64,000 nucleotides of DNA from Oikopleura dioica (Eukaryota > Animalia > Chordata), in contig OU015567.1 in the NCBI GenBank assembly GCA_907165135.1, positions 14,136,001 through 14,200,000 of the forward strand. The letters are read 5' to 3'. A model generated the notes under the pieces. That model searched no databases and was not told the origin of the DNA. It worked only from the letters and a program-made list of their open reading frames with translations. The position numbers and the translations under genes were made by a program. Shown in pieces: positions 45,515-58,615 of this stretch; position 1 is the stretch's first letter; each line of letters begins with the position of its first letter.

Positions 45515-47386
45515 TTAGTTGAAGAAGTCGAAATTTTTCTTTGGAATATTTCTGGTTCGCCACCAGTATTCGATGGTGGAGCCGGGCCATAGCACCCATG
45601 CTCGATTGTTCGGGTCTCCTTTCTGGTACCAACTGACGCAGGTTGATCGGGCCCAGATTGAATTCTCGATTCGCTCGATCCATTCTTCGTTCCATTCATT
45701 CACCCTAGTTCTTGTTAAAACTTTTTTAACAAGAATTTTCCCTACGCTTTATCAGTAACCACGAAACAATCTTTTCGTTCCTCGAAAAGCATTTTGATGA
45801 CGTTTATAATCGCTTGCAATTGGCATTCTACAATTTTAATGAATATGAAGTCCAGAACTTCCCTACCAATCATGAAAATAATTGAACTATGTCCGAGAGC
45901 GGTCATAGGCCCCAATAAAGCAACAAGATTTGGCACCTTTGGATAAAATATTCCCCAGAAAGTCTTCTTCTCAGCATCGTGCCTCAGCATCTCAAGATGT
46001 GGGTTGTGCTAGAATTTTTTCAGTCAAATCAGCAGATAATATCGAATGTACCTCAACCAAGAAATTAAAATTCGAGGACATGTCGAATCCTGTTGCAAAT
46101 ATAATCACGTCCAGCTCATGTTCTGCATCTTTTGTAATGATACCCTTTTCGCTGAGTTCAACAATTCCAGAGTTGTCCAAATGGTAGCAGGGCGTATTGA
46201 GTGCGGAGTAGAACTCGTCCGATATCAAGACTCGTTTGCACCCCATAGTGTAATCGGGTACCATCGCTTCTGCTACGCGTTTGTCCTTTACATATTTTCT
46301 GATACCAGCCGCATGAAGTTTTTGAACGAGCTTGTTAACGCCAAGTTTCCAGAAACGCAAGAGAACGAAAAAGCCTATCTCACGGATGAGATACTGGGAC
46401 CATCTGTAGAGAATACCAAAGGGGAAGATGGACAGAATCGATTTTGCCCGATCGGAATATGCAAATTGATATCGTGGTAGAACGAAGGCTGCATTTCTTT
46501 GAAAATGGACAAGCTTTTTAATTTGAAAGTCGCGAACGATAGTCGGTATAATTTGTATCGAAGATGCTCCAGAACCAATTATTCCAACGTGTTTTCCCGT
46601 CAAGTCGAGATCTTGAGGCCAACGAGTTGTATGAACCTTGAGGCCTTTGTATTTCTCAACTCCTTTGAATCCTCCCCAGTTTGGCCGATGAAGTCCACCG
46701 GCGCATGAGATCAGAACATTGTAGGACTCTTCTGTCGTTTTGCCATCTTTGAGTTTTGTGATCTCCCAAAGTCTAGTCTTATCATTCCAGAAAGCTCGGG
46801 TTATTTCTGTTCCAAATTCTTTTTTTGGGATCAGACACCAACAACTCGTCTTGTTGATACTACAGACCCTGAAAATAAACTGACCCCTTCCTATGTTATC
46901 TCCAAGACCAAAGTGGTAGAAGCAGCTCATCATGTACTTATGAATCTCCGCACCATAAGAGAACAGATGTGTCCAGTTGGGCTTGAGGTAAAAAGAAAAC
47001 GAATAGAGATGGCTTGGGACATCGCAGCCGATTCCCGGGTAGGAGTTCCAGTACCAAGTTCCGCCGATTTCAGATCCTCGTTCGATGACAGTAAAGTTTA
47101 ATTCCATCATTTTGAAGAAATTTGCAACGATCATTCCAGAGAATCCTTTTCATAGAACTCATCACTGAATAAAATGACAAAAATACATTATTGTCTTCTA
47201 TGATTTCAATGATAAGTCCATTCCTGCTCCAACAACAACGAACCGATAGTTCGAGGACCCCTTTCTTTGAGCATCTGTCAACTCATACCGCGTCCTGAAC
47301 AACCATCTGAGGACAGCCACTATTGCACATAGCCAGCCGTAATAATAGAAAATGTTGACGAATAAACTGATCAACGAGTCGATCAT
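45515..47386 (-). CDS. Type I Baeyer-Villiger monooxygenase-like flavoprotein, copy 1, with N-terminal hydrophobic anchor
   Basis: GAG|FSG; GGTWYWNSYPGIGCD; YKGLKVHTTRWP; GSGAS; FATGF. Confidence 0.9.
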
Positions 47387-47866
47387 TTTCACCTTTGTCG
47401 AGGTGAGCTTTTTATCAAATCTCTTGGCACTAGAAAGATTCTTTCTGTTGTTGAAAAATGACTGTAACTTCTTATAAATAGTCTTCCCAATGTTTGATAT
47501 CTCGTGACTGAGATCAAAGAAGGTGTGTGAATCCGAGATCATGTGGAAGATGGTTACAGAGGGGTTGGTGTTTTGGCTACCTTGATCTATCTCCGTCAAG
47601 CCTTGGCTGCCAAGGTATGAGTTTGAACTTAGCCCGAACTTCAAGTTGCTTAGTACCAATTCATCAAACTGTACGTTTATTGAAGTCATATCCCTTGGGG
47701 TCTTGAGCGAACCCGGAGTCAAGGAGACAGGACGTTGGTTCGTCTGAAAACAGAAAAATATCGCCAAGGATTTCTACCACAGCATAATTAAAAAAAATGT
47801 CAAACGAGGTCATTTTGTTGCCTTGGCTCATTTTATTCATAACAGTCTGTTATTAACAGAGATAAA

Positions 47867-49727
47867 TTAATTGAAGAACTTGAAATTTTTCTTAGAAATA
47901 TTTCTGGTTCGCCACCAGTACTCAGTAGTAGAGCCTGGCCAAAGTCCCCAAGCTCGATTGTTTGGATCTCCTTGTTGATACCAACTGACGCAGTTTGATC
48001 GGGCCCAGATGGAACTCTCGATTCGCTCGACCCATTCTTCGTTCCATTCATCAACACTAGTTCGGATTTAACATTTTCTAGCAGAAAAGGTTCTTACGCT
48101 TTATCAGTAACCACGAAGCAGTCTTTTCGTTCCTCAAAAAGCAATTTGATGACGTTTATGATTGCTTGGAGCTGGCACTCTACAATATTCATATTTATAA
48201 ATTCAGAATTCCACGCCTACCAATCATGAAAATGATAGAATTATGCCCAAGACCAGTCATTGGTCCTAATAAACCAACAAGATTCGGCACCTTTGGATAA
48301 AATACTCCCCAGAAAGTCTTCTTCTCGGCATCCGGCTTCAGCATCTCGAGGTTGGGGTTGTGCTAGAATCATATCAGTAATTTGAATAAAAATCTCTTGT
48401 GAACCTCAACCAAGAAGTTAAAATTCGAGGACAAGTCGAATCCTGTTGCAAAAATGATGACATCGAGCTCATGTTCCGCATCTTTCGTTACTATTCCTTT
48501 TTCGCTGAGCTCGACAATGCCAGAGTTGTCCAAATTATAACAGGGCTTGTTGAGTGCTGAGTAGAACTCGTCCGATATAAGAATTCGTTTGCATCCCATA
48601 ACATAGTCAGGAACCATCGCTTCTGCCACTCGTTTATCCTTGATATGCTTTCTAATCCCCGTCGCATGAAGTCCTCGGATCCACTTGTTTACTCCAAGCT
48701 TCCAAAATCGCCAGAGAAAGATGAATCGAATTTCGCGGATCAAATACTGAGACCATCTGTAGAGAATACCGAAGGGAAAGACGGCTAGAATGGATTTCGC
48801 GCGATTGGAATAAGCGAATTGATTTCGTGGAAGAACAAATGCTGCGTTTCGTTGAAAATGAACCAGCTTTTCAATTTTGAACTGACGAACGATTGACGGT
48901 AAAATCTGAATTGAAGATGCTCCGGAGCCGATTATTCCAACTCGTTTTCCCGTCAAGTCGAGATCTTGAGGCCAGCGAGTTGTATGAACCTTGAGGCCTT
49001 TGTACTTCTCAACTCCTTTGAATCCACCCCAGTTTGGTCGATGAAGTCCTCCGGCGCAGGAAATCAAGATGTTGTACGACTCCTCTGTTGTTTTGCCATC
49101 TTTGAGTTTTGTGATTTCCCAGAGTCTAGTATTATCATTCCAGAAGGCTCGGGTTATTTCTGTCTCAAACTCTTTCTTTGGGTTCAAAATTTTCTAACCT
49201 AATATCGATAGAATTAATGCTGATCCCTTTCCTATATTATCTCCGAGACCAAAATGGTAAAAACAGCTCATCATATACTTGTGAATTTCTCCACCATAGG
49301 AGAAAAAATGCGTCCAATTCGACTTGAGATAGAAAGAAAACGAGTACAAATGGCTCGGCACATCACAGCCAATTCCCGGGTAGGAGTTCCAGTACCAAGT
49401 TCCGCCAATTTCAGATCCTCGCTCAATCACGGTAAAGTTTAATTCCATCATTTTGAAGAAATATGCGACGATCATGCCAGAGAAGCCTTGTTATAGAATT
49501 AATCACTGAAAAAACTCTCTAGCGTATATTTTTCTCTTCTATGATTTCAATGACAAATCCATTCCTGCGCCAACAACAACGAACCGATATTTCGAAGACC
49601 CCTTTCTCTGAGCATCTGTCAACTGATACTTCGTCCTTAACAGCCATCTCAGAACTGCTACGATCGCGCAAAGCCAGCCATAATAATAAAAAAGGCTGAC
49701 CAAAAGACTGATCAACCAGTCGATCAT
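47867..49727 (-). CDS. Type I Baeyer-Villiger monooxygenase-like flavoprotein, copy 2
   Basis: Same motifs and exon layout as copy 1. Confidence 0.9.
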
Positions 49728-49933
49728 CTTTTTCTCTCCTAGAGTTGATTCTCTTCGAAAATCTCTTCAGAGAAAAATTTTTTTTCTGCTGTAACGAGTT
49801 TGTCTCAGAGCCAATATTTGTAAAGCATGGGCCTCTTTATTTGTCTACTGATCATAAACTATTCTGGAAAAGAATAAAAGACAGAAGATTTCTTATTTGC
49901 CAAGAGACTGGCCAATCAGTTTTTATTTCTAAT

Positions 49934-50348
49934 TCACAGGGAATCGTGACAGGCCCCCTCGTGAATGACACGGGCGGATTTGGTTCGTTCTTCGCAGATT
50001 TCTCGTTGAAATTCGCAGAAATTCGAGAAAGTTCTTTCAGTTTCTTTTCCGTCGAAGGCGCAAATTGGAGCTAGAATTCGCGGACAAGCAACTTTGCAGT
50101 TTCCAAAGTCAACGCAATCGCCATCATAAGCCTACTTCGAAAGTAATATTTCAACTCCCTTGAAAAACTACCTTCAATAAAGCCTTCTCCTCCCCAGATT
50201 GCCTCAGCATACAAGCAGCGCTTTCCAGTAAACAAGAGTTCGTGTAGGTTACTCCATCGGTTCCACAAACTGTATCAATATGCATCGGACAGCTCTGAGC
50301 ACATTTTTCTGCGCGAAGTGAAGCAAAAAGAGACAGTAAAATTTTCAT
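49934..50348 (-). CDS. Secreted two-domain Kazal-type protease inhibitor
   Basis: CAQSCPMHIDTVCGTDGVTYTNSC..C and, after one intron, CKVACPRILAPIC..TFSNFC..C..HEGAC. Confidence 0.85.
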
Positions 50349-50479
50349 TATATCCTTTTGAGTCCGGTTTGAGAATTAGTTCTTCTGGCATGAGCAAATT
50401 GGCAAATATTTGAAAGAATGATGAGTCTACTGTTAATTTATTTCATAATTATCTGTTCATCAATTTTGAAGAAAAGCAA

Positions 50480-51240
50480 AATTATGCGACATTCAGCAGT
50501 TTGTAAAGATCGCTTTCCAACTTCATTATATTCTTCAGGATAGCCGTTTGTTCACCGACAGCTTTTTCAAGCTTTTGTTTCTCCCATTTGATGATCATGT
50601 CGTCTGCCGTCCAGATTCCAAAGAAGACTTTGTCCTCGAAGTTGCCCAGTCGCTGCTTTCTATTCTAAATAAGAGAATAAAACCTGATTTTCATTCTTCG
50701 AGGGTAGGGTTCGGGCTTCCTACCTTGATCACTTGGGCAAGCTTGCTCTCCAGTAATCGAAGCCTGTCTAGAATTCTAAAAGAGTCTTCAAACTCAATCG
50801 TTTCTTCCTCCCATTTCTGATAGACCCAGTTTTCGTAGCCTTGAAATCAGTAAGCATTCTGGAATTATCTTTATGACATAGAGTCTATGTTACCTTTTTT
50901 GTTATTGTTTTGATCGAGGGCATCTTCTTCGAATAATTTGTAAATAGTGATCATTTCTCTCTGCTTTTTGCTTGGCTTTGTAAGAGTAATTTTTGCAAAA
51001 AATTGCTTTTCCAAACCGAAATTTGTTTAGTCTTGTACGAATTTCGGCTAAGTTTCTGCAGACTGCAGTATTTACACTGTGTAAATAGCCTACCATCAAA
51101 ATAGATTCAATAATAGATCTATTCAAAATAGATTGCAAACCTAGATAGGTGGCGCATTTGAGGACGAAGGCGAGAAAGATGCAATCACGCTTGGTTTTGA
51201 GCAGATGGAAGTAGGCCAGTGTGGAAAATCACTTCGAATC
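50480..51240 (-). CDS. Hypothetical helical/coiled-coil protein (multi-exon, poorly resolved)
   Basis: Exon-like open segments (FQGYENWVYQKWEEE..; NRKQRLGNFEDKVFFGIW..LLNVA*) with intron-like gaps. Confidence 0.4.
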
Positions 51241-51406
51241 TTCAGTAATAATCAGTATTGATACGTTTGGTTCAAGTAACGCAATTAAGAATTGCCAAAA
51301 AATCCAAGAAAATATGCGTTGCCATGAAATCACACTGGCACAATTTATAAAGAAAAAATTTTAATGGAGCATTAGAAATGTCATCAGTTAGAATTACTCA
51401 AAAAGA

Positions 51407-53216
51407 TTAATTGAAGAACTTGAAATTTTTCGTTGAAATTCTTCTCGTTCGCCACCAGTATTCAGAGGTGCACCCAGGCCAAAATCCCCAGGCTCGATTT
51501 TTCGGATCTCCTTTTTGATATCGATTGACGCAGTTTGTTCTTGAGAGGATGCAACTTTCTATTCGATCATTCCACTCCTCGTTCCACTCATCAACACTTA
51601 TTAGAATACATTTCTTATCAAAAAAAAAGAAAAAGCGCTTACGCTTTATCAGTAACCATGAAACAGTCTTTCCGTTCCTCAAAAAGCGCTTTGATGACAT
51701 TTATTATAACCTGCAATTGGCATTCTATAAGAATATTTGTTTGAAATAGCAATCCTTCTTTCCTACCTATCATAAATATCTCCGAATTGTGCCCTACTCC
51801 TGTCATTGGGCCCAATAAATGGACAAGATTCGGCACCTTCTGATGAAATACTCCCCAAAAGGTCCTCTTCTCAGCTCCTGGCTTCAGCATCTGAAGATGC
51901 GTGTTGTCCTTAATGACATGATGAATTCGAATTAATGATGTAAGAAAAACTTTTATCAGAAAATTAAGATTCGCAGTCCAATCAAATCCTGTTGCAAAAA
52001 TAATCACATCGAGTTCATGCTGAGTATCCTTCGTAACAATTCCATTCTCGCTCAGTTCAATAATTCCAGAGTTGTCCAATTTGTAGCATGGCTCATTGAG
52101 AGCCGAGTAAAACTCGTCAGAAATCATGATCCTTTTGCAGCCAAGAAGAAAATCGGGAATCATCGCTCCTGCGACCCGTTCATCTTTGACTTCTTTTCTG
52201 ACTCTCTTGGCATGCTCTTTACATATCCAGTTGTTGACTCCAATTTTCCAGAAACGCAAGAGAAAAAAGTATCGGATCTCTCGGTAGATGAATTGAGACC
52301 ATCTGTAAATCATTCCAAATGGGAATGTCGCTAGAATGCTTTTAGCGGAGGAAGAGTATGCAAATTGATTCCGAGGGAGAATAAATGCCGGACTTCGCTG
52401 AAAATGGACAAGTTTTTTGACTTTGAAGCGACGGAGAATTGTGGGTAAAACTTGGACAGCGGATGCTCCTGAACCGATGATCCCCACACGTTTCTCTGCC
52501 AAATCAAGATCCTTTGGCCACTGGGCCGTGTGAATCTTCAGTCCCTTGAAATTCTCAAAGCCTTGAATGCCTCCCCAATTTGGTCGATGAAGTCCACCAG
52601 CGCATGAGATCAAGATATTGAACGTCTCTTCCGTTTGTCTGCCTCCATTCACTTTTGTTATCTCCCAAAGTCGAGCTTTGTCATTCCAAAAAGCTCGAGT
52701 TATTTCCGTCTCAAACTCTATATTTTCTTCAAGCCCAAAATGGTAAAAACAGCTCATCAAGTAATTATGAATTTCTCCGCCTAGAGAAAATAAATGAGTC
52801 CAATTCGATTTGGGAAAGAACGAAAAAGAGTACAAGTGACTAGGAACATCGCATCCAACTCCAGGATATGTATTCCAGTACCAAGCTCCGCCAATTTTCG
52901 ATCCTCGTTCAATCACTGTAAAGTTCAGTTCCATCATTTTGAAGAAATACGCAACGATCATGCCAGAGAATCCTTATTAGAATTTCAAACTTAGAATTAT
53001 ATGGAAGAAATCTGGTGATTTTTTTTTCTTCCTTGATTTCAGTGACAAATCCATTCCTGCTCCAACGACTACAAACCGATATTTCGAAGACCCTTTTCTC
53101 TGAGCATCGTTCAAATGATACCGCGTTCTGAGCAACCATCTCAAAAGCGCAACGATTAAACATAACCATCCATAATAATGAAAAAGGTTGACAAGTACTC
53201 TGATCACCCAGTCCAT
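51407..53216 (-). CDS. Type I Baeyer-Villiger monooxygenase-like flavoprotein, copy 3 (most diverged)
   Basis: GGAWYWNTYPGVGCD; FKGLKIHTAQWP is a perfect FxGxxxHxxxWP fingerprint; GSGASA. Confidence 0.9.
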
Positions 53217-53469
53217 AATCTATTTTCTCAATAAAAATTTTCGGAATTCTTGTGGACGGGGTATGCTTTGGAGTCAATATTTGAAAACAAATTAGTGTGA
53301 TTTATTTGTCTTCTGATCGTAAATGTTTAAAATGTTCATCATCTGAATGATTGTAATAAACAAATTCTTTCTAGAGCAAATCAGTCAGATGTATTGAGCA
53401 AATGTAAAAAAGGGTTTTCGTTTTGATTTTTTCTCTAGAAGAATGATTGTTGTTCTTCCCACGTGACTG

Positions 53470-53476
53470 TATATAA
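53470..53476 (+). promoter_or_regulatory. TATA box of H2B
   Basis: TATATAA about 25 bp upstream of a tcagt Inr-like motif and ~55 bp before the ATG. Confidence 0.7.
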
Positions 53477-53530
53477 GCGCGTGTTTTTCTCATTTTCAGT
53501 CACATTTCACTTTTGTCAAAAACAAAAAAG

Positions 53531-53875
53531 ATGCCCAAGAACGTTTCCAAAGCCGCCAAGCCCGCCGCCGGTGCCCGAAAGTACCAAAAGGCCCGAAAGG
53601 AGTCCTTCGGCATCTACATCTACAAAGTCCTGAAGCAGGTGCACCCCGAGCAGGGAATTTCCACCAAAGCCATGTCCATCATGAACTCGTTCGTGAACGA
53701 CATCTTTGAGCGAGTCGGCTCCGAGGCTTCCCGATTGGCCAAGATCAACAAAAAATCGACCATCTCTTCTCGAGAGATCCAGTCCGCCTGCAAACTCCTT
53801 CTCCCCGGCGAGATCGGCAAGCACGCCATCTCCGAGGGAACCAAGGCTGTGACCAAGTACCAAGCTTCTAAGTAA
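53531..53875 (+). CDS. H2B: Histone H2B, divergent intronless variant
   Basis: [61 protein letters not shown]. Confidence 0.97.
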   Translation: MPKNVSKAAKPAAGARKYQKARKESFGIYIYKVLKQVHPEQGISTKAMSIMNSFVNDIFERVGSEASRLAKINKKSTISSREIQSACKLLLPGEIGKHAISEGTKAVTKYQASK

Positions 53876-53902
53876 ATTTTCAATTTACGAAGAGCTCAAA
53901 CC

Positions 53903-53918
53903 GGCCCTTTTAAGGGCC
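53903..53918 (+). other. Replication-dependent histone mRNA 3' stem-loop
   Basis: GGCCCT-TTTA-AGGGCC followed by ACAAAT. Confidence 0.9.
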
Positions 53919-54244
53919 ACAAATCATTCTTATTCGACAAAGATAAGGAATACGAAAAAAATCAAATTGTAAGAATTAGTCTCCCAATCCCGATTCATAT
54001 GATGAGAATCTCATCATGAGATGATTCAAACAAATGTCAAGTGTACTGTAAATCTGCAGTATCTCTAAAATTAATCGACTTTTTCCTATAGTTTTATGGA
54101 ACAGGAAGAACCTGCCTTCTACTAGCAGGGTACGGTTATTTTGTGCTGTAGTCACCAGGACGACAATTTTAGCTTATTATTAACTTATCAAAATATTAAA
54201 TCCATGCAGATCGATCGAGACCCAGCTCATTCAGAACACAAAAA

Positions 54245-54609
54245 ATGGATACAATTTTTCAAGACGACCACCCACTAAAGGCTGCTATTGAAAAAGTCGA
54301 GGCAAAGGGCGACTTCAATGCGAAAGACCCGAGGCATGAGGGGTACATCTGCGAATACTTCAATCTCTCGCTGAATATGTGGGAAGGTAAGCTAATTTTG
54401 ATAAATGGTTATTTAACGATTGATTAGATGTTTACAACTGCGATGACTACAAGGACTATTTCGAGGAGACGCAAGATTACCTGGACTTGTACGCTGAGTA
54501 CTACGGATGCGAGCTGGAAATTTGTGGCATGACTGCTGGTGGCGCCGAGCAAATCGCTGCAACTACTGCACCACTGTTCTTGACACTGTTCTTGTGGCTA
54601 TTCAAATGA
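54245..54609 (+). CDS. Small acidic Tyr/Cys-rich protein with a GPI-signal-like C-terminus, paralog 1 (5' exon unresolved)
   Basis: ...YNCDDY..YYGCELEICGMTAGG..TTAPLFLTLFLWLFK*; one intron. Confidence 0.65.
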
Positions 54610-55241
54610 AAAGCTCTCCTCGAATTGGGACTTTCTGATTTATTATCTGCGAAATAAAAGAACAAACAAAAAGAAAACATATTTGTTAGAATTCTTCGCA
54701 ATAATTTCGAATATATTTTGATAATGTTCGGTTAGAATTCGGTGAAATGTGATTTGAAAGCTTTCATGTCCATTTTATGCTGAAAATGCGAGGTTATCCT
54801 AGTGTCTGAGATCGAATAATGATGAGATTTAGAAGCTAAAGATAGCAATTTTATTCCCTCACGTAGGCAATTCATTCGTAAGAATAGCTTCCGATCAGGA
54901 AGATGGTACATAAAATGAGGAATTTACGAGACTCGGTTGTGATTCAGATTCTGTACTGTACTTTTCCTTGGCAGTTCAGTCTAGGAATATTCTGGTCAAT
55001 CGCTGGTCATATCAAAGATTTACGAACCGTAAATACCAATCCACCTGACTCGGTGAGTCTCCTTAGCGAAGCTGTCAACAATCCACATAATGCGCAAGTG
55101 TTCCGGTCACCATAATCCTACAGCAATCCTCAAGCTAGTCACCTGGACAACAACGATTTCGCTCTTACTGTATTGCTAGCTTATTATTAACTAGTCGGGA
55201 TTTAAATTCACGAAACGATGCATGAATTCTAAGAGACGAAA

Positions 55242-55676
55242 ATGGAAAAATTTGTCGACGGAGACCACCCTTTCCAATCAGCTGTAGAAAATGCCAAAAA
55301 CAAGGAACAAGGAGAATTGATAGCTAAGGATCCAAAGCATGGTGGAAAAGTATGCGAAGGCATAAACGAATATCTGGACTATCTCGAAGGTAAGAATAAT
55401 CCCACAATTAATTCTTAAAAGATCGATTTAGATAACTACAATTGCGCCGACTACGAACACTACTTTGATGATATTCAAGCTGAGTTTTGAAAAATCGCAT
55501 TTTATTATAAGTTTTTTTATTAATAATTTTCAATCTTCATGCAAGAGGATCTCGACTTTTACTCCGCATGGTACGGCTGTGGATTTGATTTTTGTGGCCT
55601 TACTGCTGGAGGAGAACAAGTTGCTACAACAACAGCGCCACTTTTCTTGACTCTTTTCTTCTGGTTGTTCAAGTAA
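55242..55676 (+). CDS. Tandem paralog 2 of the above
   Basis: ...YNCADY..WYGCGFDFCGLTAGG..TTAPLFLTLFFWLFK*; two introns. Confidence 0.65.
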
Positions 55677-55949
55677 AGGCCTTTTAAACTGTGCAACTAT
55701 CTATTCATTTATTTCAAAAGTCCATTTTGATTTTAGTAGAAAATGAAAAACACTTACAAGAGTTATCTCTGAATCATTTTCCGGGTATATAGAAACCAAT
55801 TCAGTACTTTCTTTATTTATAAATACAGAATTAGATAAATGATTGGCAGTTCATGGAAGTTTGGCTTCTCAGGCGTATTCTTTCTCGCGAGGCAGGCGCA
55901 GTTTCGGTTGATATTAATTATTTTTCGCTAATTTTTAGATTCTAGGAGG

Positions 55950-57865
55950 TCAGCTTGGCGCTAGTTCTACTCGAGCATGTCCCCTCTCGTCGATGTATTG
56001 AGACAGGCGCTGTGATTTCTGCTGTGCGCTATTCTAAGCGAAATTAAAAGTGAATAAGACTCTGACTGCTGATGGCTACCTTGAGGGCATAAGCAGCAAG
56101 GCACAAAACGGCGAGGACGAGAAACGTCGTTCCGATGAGGAGCAACCAGAGTGGAAGTGAATACTCGCAACTATTTCCAAACGTCAGCTAAAGGAGGTGG
56201 AATTTAGTGTGTTGCTTTTTAATACAGCTTCTCCAAATGCAGAAAATGCATTTTTAAATAGCTTACCGAGGAAGCGGCACCCAAACAAAAGCATTTAGGC
56301 GAAACAGTGGCAGACGGATGCATACATCTCGCGTCATCCGAACAAAAGCCCTAGAATAGGTTTTTGTTTATCTTGTTGGAATCAACAAGGAGTACCGTTG
56401 CACAAGGAGATCGGCAAATTGGCTTGTAGAAGTCTTCGTCTTCTGTGCAAATGGAAAAGTCGCCCAGGACGCATTCCGCGAAGGGACATAAAGGTTCTCC
56501 GTAAATTTGTCCAGATAAAAGTCCGGGGTAGGAGAAAAGCCGCAGGGAATCTGATAGTTCAAACTAAAAGAATGTTAGTTCTTTACTGAAATTTTGAAGA
56601 AGAAAAAAAATTTTGAAATTGTATAATTTTAATCACATTCAATTTTAGAAGACGTCCAGCTTAATAAACTGATGAGTGAGTAGCACTTGTTGGAGTAGGT
56701 TTTTAATTTTAGATGAAGCCTGCGGCGAGTGGCCCGTGGGGTTTTGATTCTGATTTGAATTGGGCCTGATTTGTTCGTCATTCTATGACCCGATGACCTT
56801 TGATTTAAATTGATTCGTTTGATTAAATGGCCCCAGAGGAAATTTTCGCGCGCCTCGAATTATTCATCCCCGCCGCGGTTTTCCATCCAATTAATATAGA
56901 TTAAGACATGGCACCTGTTCTCCGCATCCTCATTTTTTACAACCCTTATCAACAGTAAAACTACTTCTACTACTAGTAGAATCGTAGAAAGCAGATTGAA
57001 CACTCATTTAACCTCCCTTAATTTTTCGGACAGGGTCTGTCTATGCCTGTATAATGCGCGGCTGATCACTCGTCAAATAGAATTATCTTTAAATTTATAG
57101 GGTGACATTCGCATCGATTTTCAAGTAAAGCAGATACCGCCGATAATTCAGGCCACTTATGGGGAATTACCATCCCCACAAGCCAAGCTATGCATATCTA
57201 CGCGTTCAAATTACCTTGTCGACATTGGAAAGATATAACTTTTCCCAAGCAAAGCCCAATCGTAACACAAGCCTTCCATTTGTTTGCTTGACCTCGATCT
57301 GAAATCATTTGCTGCAAGATACAGTAGCTTAAGTCTGTCTATCAGATCGGACAATATTTTGACGGGTGAATAATTGAGATTGTGTTAATAGTAATTGAAG
57401 CGCGAATAAAATCAATCGCTGAATAAAATTATTGATGGATCAATTTCCAACATTACAAATTATCCCAAAACCACTTAGCCGGTCGCCAGATGGGCACGAC
57501 ATCATGTTCCATTTCAGAAATCAAAATAAGAAATTTAAGCTCCGATACAGATACAGTAGCGTCTTTCTATCCTTTGACCAAAAGATTGGTCAGAACAGCA
57601 ACACGGCTTCTGGAATCCAAGGGGTTAAAAATGGTTGATTCCAAAACCAGCGGCCCTTTGACACTTTGATAGTATTAGCCGCTCTCAGATTTACAGGGCT
57701 AAAGCTATCATCTCCGTCACTTACCCGGGGCACGCCAAAGCCAAGCGCCGAATAATATTTCTGTGCCGCTGACTGGAGCTCCTTCGACGACGAACTTGAG
57801 GCGACACTCGATGCAAACTCGACGGAAAAGTACTTGAACGTGCCGGGCGGGAACTCTGGAGCCAT
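55950..57865 (-). CDS. Type I membrane protein with a juxtamembrane EGF-like domain (upstream exons unresolved)
   Basis: FCSDDARCMHP..KCFC..|..FGNSCEY, then TM LWLLLIGTTFLVLAVLCLAAYAL and a short tail ending ELAPS*. Confidence 0.55.
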
Positions 57866-58416
57866 GTCAGGAACTAAAAAGAAATGAATCCCCGGAAAAT
57901 CTTCTTTTCAAGCTGAAGGTCTGTAAAATTGATGTATCCGATGTCCGACCAGCTCAAAAAAGTCCTTAGTAAGTACTGTCTATGTTTATGTGAACGGAGA
58001 CAAGTTTCATGTACAAAATCAATAAGAAAAGTATTGCTAAAGGTTAATCTATATTGATAGCTCGAGTGTGTGAACGCTGACGTTTAGAAAAAATACTCAG
58101 TCTCTCAGGTCGCTTCGCCACTCATTAAATTTGTAAGCGATAAGTTTGTTCGTCTTTTAAAAAATATTGTTCTGGCGCCTGTCCATCGTAGACAACTTGC
58201 AACTGACAAGAAAGTATCGCTGTTTATTTCTCGAATAAGATTAAAGAGCATCATGCGACTAATAAATTAATTAGCGAGGAGTTTATTATTGATGAAAATT
58301 GTGCCTCAACGAGTAATATAATATAATACGGAATATTCTGAATAAAAATACTTGTTTTACTAAAAAAATATTGCTCGAAATTTTATTTATCCTAAAACTG
58401 ATGATAAATTAGTCGG

Positions 58417-58615
58417 TTGGGCTCACCAACCTGTGCAGAAAACTTGAGTCAGGGTCCTTGAAGAGCTTTGAAAAAGCCGCGTAGCGGCTTTCCTCGAAAC
58501 GCAGCCGCGAGGCGGCATTGCCAAAACTTCAATTTCAATCTATTTTTTTTCTGCTCTATTATCAAAGCTCTCCTAGGAATCTGACTAACGTTTTTAAACA
58601 AGTTGCCGAGCCCTG
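58417..58615. mobile_element. MITE family 1, degenerate copy
   Basis: gggctcaccaacctg ... aaagccgcgtagcggcttt ... gttgccgagccctg. Confidence 0.7.

Noticed and set aside
53516-53883. Minus-strand ORFs of 115 and 87 aa
   Set aside because: Antisense shadows of H2B.
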